DNA of 51,253 bases from a phage. Under the pieces are notes generated by a model. The model was given only the letters and a program-made list of their open reading frames with translations, was not told the DNA's origin and made no database searches. A program made the translations under genes and the position numbers. Shown here one piece after another: positions 47,211 through 51,253 of this stretch. The DNA is taken from the sequence record NC_105436.1; one strand, given 5' to 3'. How positions within the stretch are numbered: position 1 is the stretch's first letter; the number at the start of each line of letters is the position of its first letter.

Positions 47211-48140
47211 TTATAGCAGTGATTCAGGCTTGTAGATTTTTCTTTCTACACCCTGTTTAAAATTATCGTTAACAGGCATCATTATGTCAAGCCCTCTTTC
47301 CTCTGCCGCGATTATCACATCACGATCATCTTTCCGGCATACTACGCGCATTCTTCTTTCTCCTTTATATCTATGCGCAACCATTTCAAGATTTGAAGGT
47401 GTAAAGCAGGCCCACACCTCTTGACCAGTTGATAAATGAACATGTTGGGAGTCAACCCAATCAAGGCACAAATAGATCGTCTTATCCGTGCTACCTGTTT
47501 TAACAACAGATCCGCGCGTGTAGTCGCGAGCTAAAAACCAATCCTTTCCATCCTCATCAATGAAAAGCACGTTACACATTTCATCATCCAGCCCGTCATC
47601 ATGCACCAGGTGACAAGGTAGCGCGTGAATGTATCGACCATTCTTGACGCCGCAATCATAATGACAATCTTCCGGCGGATATATCCCCTCATAAACGCTT
47701 AAGGGTGTGCGATCGAATTTTAATGTTTTTGCCATCACTTTTTCGCAGCATTCATGACTTGCCTGTTTCCCGAACGAGTAGCCAGAAGAACGTGAAGCGC
47801 GCTTGTTTGCTCTGATCCTGTAATCTTGTGGCACTTTGCCGAGAAAGCGGCCCAAAATGTTGATGGCCTCGCTGTAAGGTTCGCCAGTTAATTTCATTAA
47901 CCAACCGATCCCCGTGTCGTTACCGCATACGTTGCAGATAGCGCCGCCGTCGCCCTCTTCATTTAGCTTATCGGTCCATCTAAAACGATCCTTACCGCCG
48001 CAGTGTGGGCAAGGCTGATGCTTTTTGTTGAAAACATCGCTATGCAGTCCGCAAATGCTTTGTAGCGCTTCACGCCATAACCCCTTCATATATGGCAAAA
48101 CGTCTTCTTTCTGATAGGTCATAAAGTTTTCAGTATTCAT
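47211..48140 (-). CDS. DNA primase (zinc-ribbon type)
   Basis: Cys4 zinc ribbon CPHCGGKDRFRW ... CNVCG; start at ATG 48140. Confidence 0.6.
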   Translation of the reverse strand: MNTENFMTYQKEDVLPYMKGLWREALQSICGLHSDVFNKKHQPCPHCGGKDRFRWTDKLNEEGDGGAICNVCGNDTGIGWLMKLTGEPYSEAINILGRFLGKVPQDYRIRANKRASRSSGYSFGKQASHECCEKVMAKTLKFDRTPLSVYEGIYPPEDCHYDCGVKNGRYIHALPCHLVHDDGLDDEMCNVLFIDEDGKDWFLARDYTRGSVVKTGSTDKTIYLCLDWVDSQHVHLSTGQEVWACFTPSNLEMVAHRYKGERRMRVVCRKDDRDVIIAAEERGLDIMMPVNDNFKQGVERKIYKPESLL

Positions 48141-48152
48141 AGCAACCTCAAT

Positions 48153-48187
48153 AAAAAAGCCCAGCAAATATTATCATTTCGCTGGGC
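48153..48187 (-). terminator. terminator-like hairpin (minus strand)
   Basis: Minus strand GCCCAGC...GCTGGGC stem + T6 between the HTH gene and primase. Confidence 0.45.
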
Positions 48188-48194
48188 CTTATCA

Positions 48195-48671
48195 TTAGCT
48201 ATTCGTGCTGTTATCACCTTTGTAGAATCGTCCGCCTGGTTCGTAGTCTGAATTTTTGACTACGCGCAACATTTCGTATTTGTCGCAACGTGTAGTAAGA
48301 GGCTTGCCGTTAGAATCAAACCGCAGATCTGGACGACAAAACGAGGCGCGGTATCCTTTGCATCCATTATATTTGTAGTCGTTATGCACCTTTTGTGCTC
48401 CAGCGGCTGAAATCATACCACGCTTTCGCCACTGGTTAACGACTTGCTGAGATACGCGCAGACGTCGAGCCATAGCAGGAACACCGCCGTAATACTCGAT
48501 CAGAATGTCAAGGCGAGATTTCAGGCTTGCTTTTACCTCATCTCGCAGGATAAGAAATCCGGTTCGGTGTTTTCGTGGCTTTTTGTCTTTACCTCGTCGC
48601 GTTCCGTTGTTACCGTTAATAGTGCGCTTGTCGATCTCACCCGTAGACACTGCAATTCGTGCATCTTTCAT
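48195..48671 (-). CDS. putative HTH DNA-binding protein
   Basis: Helix-turn-helix-like segment (GGVPAMARRLRVSQQVVNQWRKRG); Cys-containing C-terminal region; divergent from the helicase gene. Confidence 0.45.
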   Translation of the reverse strand: MKDARIAVSTGEIDKRTINGNNGTRRGKDKKPRKHRTGFLILRDEVKASLKSRLDILIEYYGGVPAMARRLRVSQQVVNQWRKRGMISAAGAQKVHNDYKYNGCKGYRASFCRPDLRFDSNGKPLTTRCDKYEMLRVVKNSDYEPGGRFYKGDNSTNS

Positions 48672-48680
48672 CTAGTCACC

Positions 48681-48726
48681 TCATAGCATTTTTTGTTAAA
48701 ACAGTTTATTGTAATGAGTCTATTAT
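48681..48726 (+). promoter_or_regulatory. box cassette upstream of helicase
   Basis: CATAGCATTTTTTGTTAAAAC + 22-nt spacer + TATTAT. Confidence 0.55.
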
Positions 48727-48758
48727 ATACTCCAAATGGCATTTTTTAAAGGTTTAAG

Positions 48759-50756
48759 ATGATTCCAAATATCGAAAAACAAATATCAGCGTTAGGCGAG
48801 GCAGTAATAAAAAGCATCCAAGAGCGATTCACGGTTGGCAATATAGTGCCTTATCCTTATCAGTGCGTTGCGTATGCCGAGATCGCAAAGCGCATGAAAA
48901 ACTATGAGCATCCTTTCTTTGTTAAGGCTTCTGTGTCGGCTGGCAAAACATTGATGTTTGCAATGGTTGCGGCGCAATGCCGCAAAATGGGATTGAAAAT
49001 GATGGTCCTTGCTCGCCAGGCTGAAATTGTTGATCAGGATTCGGAAGAGATCAGCAATCTTGGCGTGCCAAACTCAATCTATTGCGCCGGACTGAAAACA
49101 AAAAGCGCATACTTTCCGATCGTAGTCGGTTCTGAGGGCACTGTAGTAAACGGATTGTTTAAGTCGTTAGGTGATTATGTTCCGCACGTTATCGGTATTG
49201 ATGAATGTCACCAGGTGGATTGGGAGGATCTCGCCGACGCGATAGAAAATAATGAATCTTACCAGCAGATGACCACTAAGAAGGATTTGCCTGTACTGAT
49301 TGGAGAAGAACAGCAATTTGATTCCAATGGCGATCCAATGTTCGGAACAGGGCGCACACAGTACACCGTAATAATCATGGAAATGATGCGCAGGTGTCGC
49401 GAGGCATACGGGCACGAATTGCGAATATTCGGTATGACTGGATCTGAGTTTCGCGGCGTTGTTCCAATACTGGTTGAAGATAAGAACAAAAAGGGATTCT
49501 GGCGTGAGCAGGTGACTAACATAGACACAAACTACTTAATCAAATTTGGTTCGGTAGTGCCAACAAATTTCGGCGACGTAGGCGACCTGGGGTATGACCT
49601 TTCAGAGTTCGAAGCCAGTAGCGAGGATGGCGTTTCAGACTTTGACGCTAAAACATTGCGCAAGATGGAAGAAAAAATCCATCAAGACGCAACAATGACA
49701 CAGAAAATCATGGCTAAAGTCCATGAGATATGCAAAGACAGGAACGGAGTTTTAGTTACATGCGCAGGGGAAAGACACTGCAAGGAGGCCGCCGCCGCAC
49801 TGCCGCAAGGCGTTGAATACAGGATCATAACTGGAAAAACTGGAGATAATCAGCGTAAAGAGTGGCTTAGGGAGGCATACGAGGGGAAAGTAAAATACAT
49901 CTTCCAGGTACAGGCGCTTACCACTGGCGTTAACGTTCCGTTTTGGGATACTTCGGTAATACTGAGAAAGATAGGATCTCTAACATTGCTTATCCAGCTT
50001 TTGGGGCGCGGTATGCGACTGCTTAAGCAATGGCACATTGAGCAGGGATTCAAGAAAAAAGATCATCTTGTATTGGATTTTGCAGGTACTATGGATGAGT
50101 TAGGGGATTTGTATTTCGATCCAATACTTGAGCAAGCGCAATTTCAAAAGAGATTTACAAACGGGAAAGAGCCTAAGACTTGCCCGATATGTGGAACGCT
50201 AAACAGCTTTTACGCTCGCCGATGTATGCACGTAGACGATAACGGGAAACGATGTGAGCATTTTTGGACTTACAGAATTTGCGAGGACCAGGTAGATCCG
50301 AGAACGAAAAAGATAATCAAGCGCGGTTGCGGAACAAAAAACGACGTAGTGGCGAGAGTATGCCGTTGTTGCGATATTTCTCTTGTCGATCCTAACGAGA
50401 AGTTAAGCGGCAAGCACTACACAAAAAACGATTGGTGCAACGTTAAATCTTTCCGCGTTGATATGACGAAAAACCAGAAAGGAATTGTTTTTTGCTATGA
50501 GCTTGAGGCAAACGGCGACACGTTCAAGGCATACGAAAGATTTTTCCCTGAGTCAGAAAGCAACATTTGCCGGACGATATGGAGAAAAATAGCATTGCAG
50601 CACATACCGGATCGCAAGATTGCTGGTATGGTGGCGAGCTATAGAAATGCGCGTAAAATAATGTCATACGCTCATCACATCATGCCTCCTGTACGCGTAA
50701 CGCATCGCAAGAACGGCAAAGGTGAGGATAACATTGCAAAACGGGAGTTTGTTTAA
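48759..50756 (+). CDS. SF2 helicase (DEAH-type) with C-terminal zinc ribbon
   Basis: Walker A (SVSAGKT), DEAH-like box (IGIDECHQ), helicase C-domain-like motifs, CxxC...C...C cluster. Confidence 0.75.
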   Translation: MIPNIEKQISALGEAVIKSIQERFTVGNIVPYPYQCVAYAEIAKRMKNYEHPFFVKASVSAGKTLMFAMVAAQCRKMGLKMMVLARQAEIVDQDSEEISNLGVPNSIYCAGLKTKSAYFPIVVGSEGTVVNGLFKSLGDYVPHVIGIDECHQVDWEDLADAIENNESYQQMTTKKDLPVLIGEEQQFDSNGDPMFGTGRTQYTVIIMEMMRRCREAYGHELRIFGMTGSEFRGVVPILVEDKNKKGFWREQVTNIDTNYLIKFGSVVPTNFGDVGDLGYDLSEFEASSEDGVSDFDAKTLRKMEEKIHQDATMTQKIMAKVHEICKDRNGVLVTCAGERHCKEAAAALPQGVEYRIITGKTGDNQRKEWLREAYEGKVKYIFQVQALTTGVNVPFWDTSVILRKIGSLTLLIQLLGRGMRLLKQWHIEQGFKKKDHLVLDFAGTMDELGDLYFDPILEQAQFQKRFTNGKEPKTCPICGTLNSFYARRCMHVDDNGKRCEHFWTYRICEDQVDPRTKKIIKRGCGTKNDVVARVCRCCDISLVDPNEKLSGKHYTKNDWCNVKSFRVDMTKNQKGIVFCYELEANGDTFKAYERFFPESESNICRTIWRKIALQHIPDRKIAGMVASYRNARKIMSYAHHIMPPVRVTHRKNGKGEDNIAKREFV

Positions 50757-51175
50757 TGGCTATAACTGATAAAGGCGATTATCTTGAGTTTTACGAAAGA
50801 GATCCAACCGACACGAGAAGGGAAGTTAATCACCAGATAGATAGTTTTCAGTGGTTGACTTATGCTCATCCTTATTTGCTGGCGTGGCATACGGTAAACG
50901 AGAATGAGAAGTCTAAAGCAACGGCGATGATTGATCAGCAGTCAGGCTTGGTTAAGGGTGTAAGCGATTTCATCATCCTGATTGGTTTAAACGGAAAATA
51001 CCCATTTGCAGCGATTGAGATCAAGCGAGTTAATAAATCAGGCAAGGGGAAAGCATCACCAGTCAGCGATGAACAAAAGGCTTTTTTGCGTCGAGTTCGC
51101 AGCTTAGGAGGATTCGCTGCGGTCGCCTACGGATTTAATCAGTTTAAGTTGGCTATTGAATACATGCTTAAATAG
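50756..51175 (+). CDS. VRR-NUC domain nuclease
   Basis: PD-(D/E)XK-like core (SDFIIL ... AIEIKR) in a 139-aa protein directly after the helicase. Confidence 0.6.
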   Translation: MAITDKGDYLEFYERDPTDTRREVNHQIDSFQWLTYAHPYLLAWHTVNENEKSKATAMIDQQSGLVKGVSDFIILIGLNGKYPFAAIEIKRVNKSGKGKASPVSDEQKAFLRRVRSLGGFAAVAYGFNQFKLAIEYMLK

Positions 51176-51214
51176 CACTTTTTGTTAAAACTGGCGCGAT
51201 GGATTGCGCCATAA
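51171..51214 (+). promoter_or_regulatory. box cassette at window end
   Basis: Box + hairpin GGCGC/GCGCC + CATAAT; followed by GGAGAAATGA at the very end of the window. Confidence 0.55.
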
Positions 51215-51253
51215 TTCAATAACACGAGATGGCTTTTAATAGCGGAGAAATGA

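Overview
The window looks like a complete, circularly permuted genome of a lytic tailed siphovirus (about 51.2 kb), most consistent with a T1-like (Drexlerviridae-type) coliphage. The family assignment is my inference from gene content and synteny; no database search was possible. Supporting content: a Dam-like N6-adenine methyltransferase; a lysis cassette of holin, SAR endolysin and unimolecular spanin; small and large terminase, portal and head genes; a lambda-like tail module (tape measure, M, L, K, I, J homologues) with a canonical -1 frameshift in the tail chaperone; an Erf/exonuclease/SSB recombination module; primase, SF2 helicase and VRR-NUC nuclease; and a separately encoded lateral tail fibre with a C-terminal S74-type chaperone domain. 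No integrase, repressor, tRNA or CRISPR array was recognised. The most striking feature is regulatory: about 20 copies of a 21-bp box (consensus AATAGCACTTTTTGTTAAAAC) that abuts the stop codon of the preceding gene, is followed after a strictly conserved 21-22 nt spacer by a -10-like hexamer, and then by a conserved leader and RBS. The spacer almost always carries an inverted repeat of variable sequence. This looks like a phage-specific, probably activator-dependent promoter cassette class rather than ordinary sigma70 promoters, but that is inference. Two paralogous GT-rich non-coding islands each end in a near-consensus sigma70 promoter. Most small early genes have no recognisable function.
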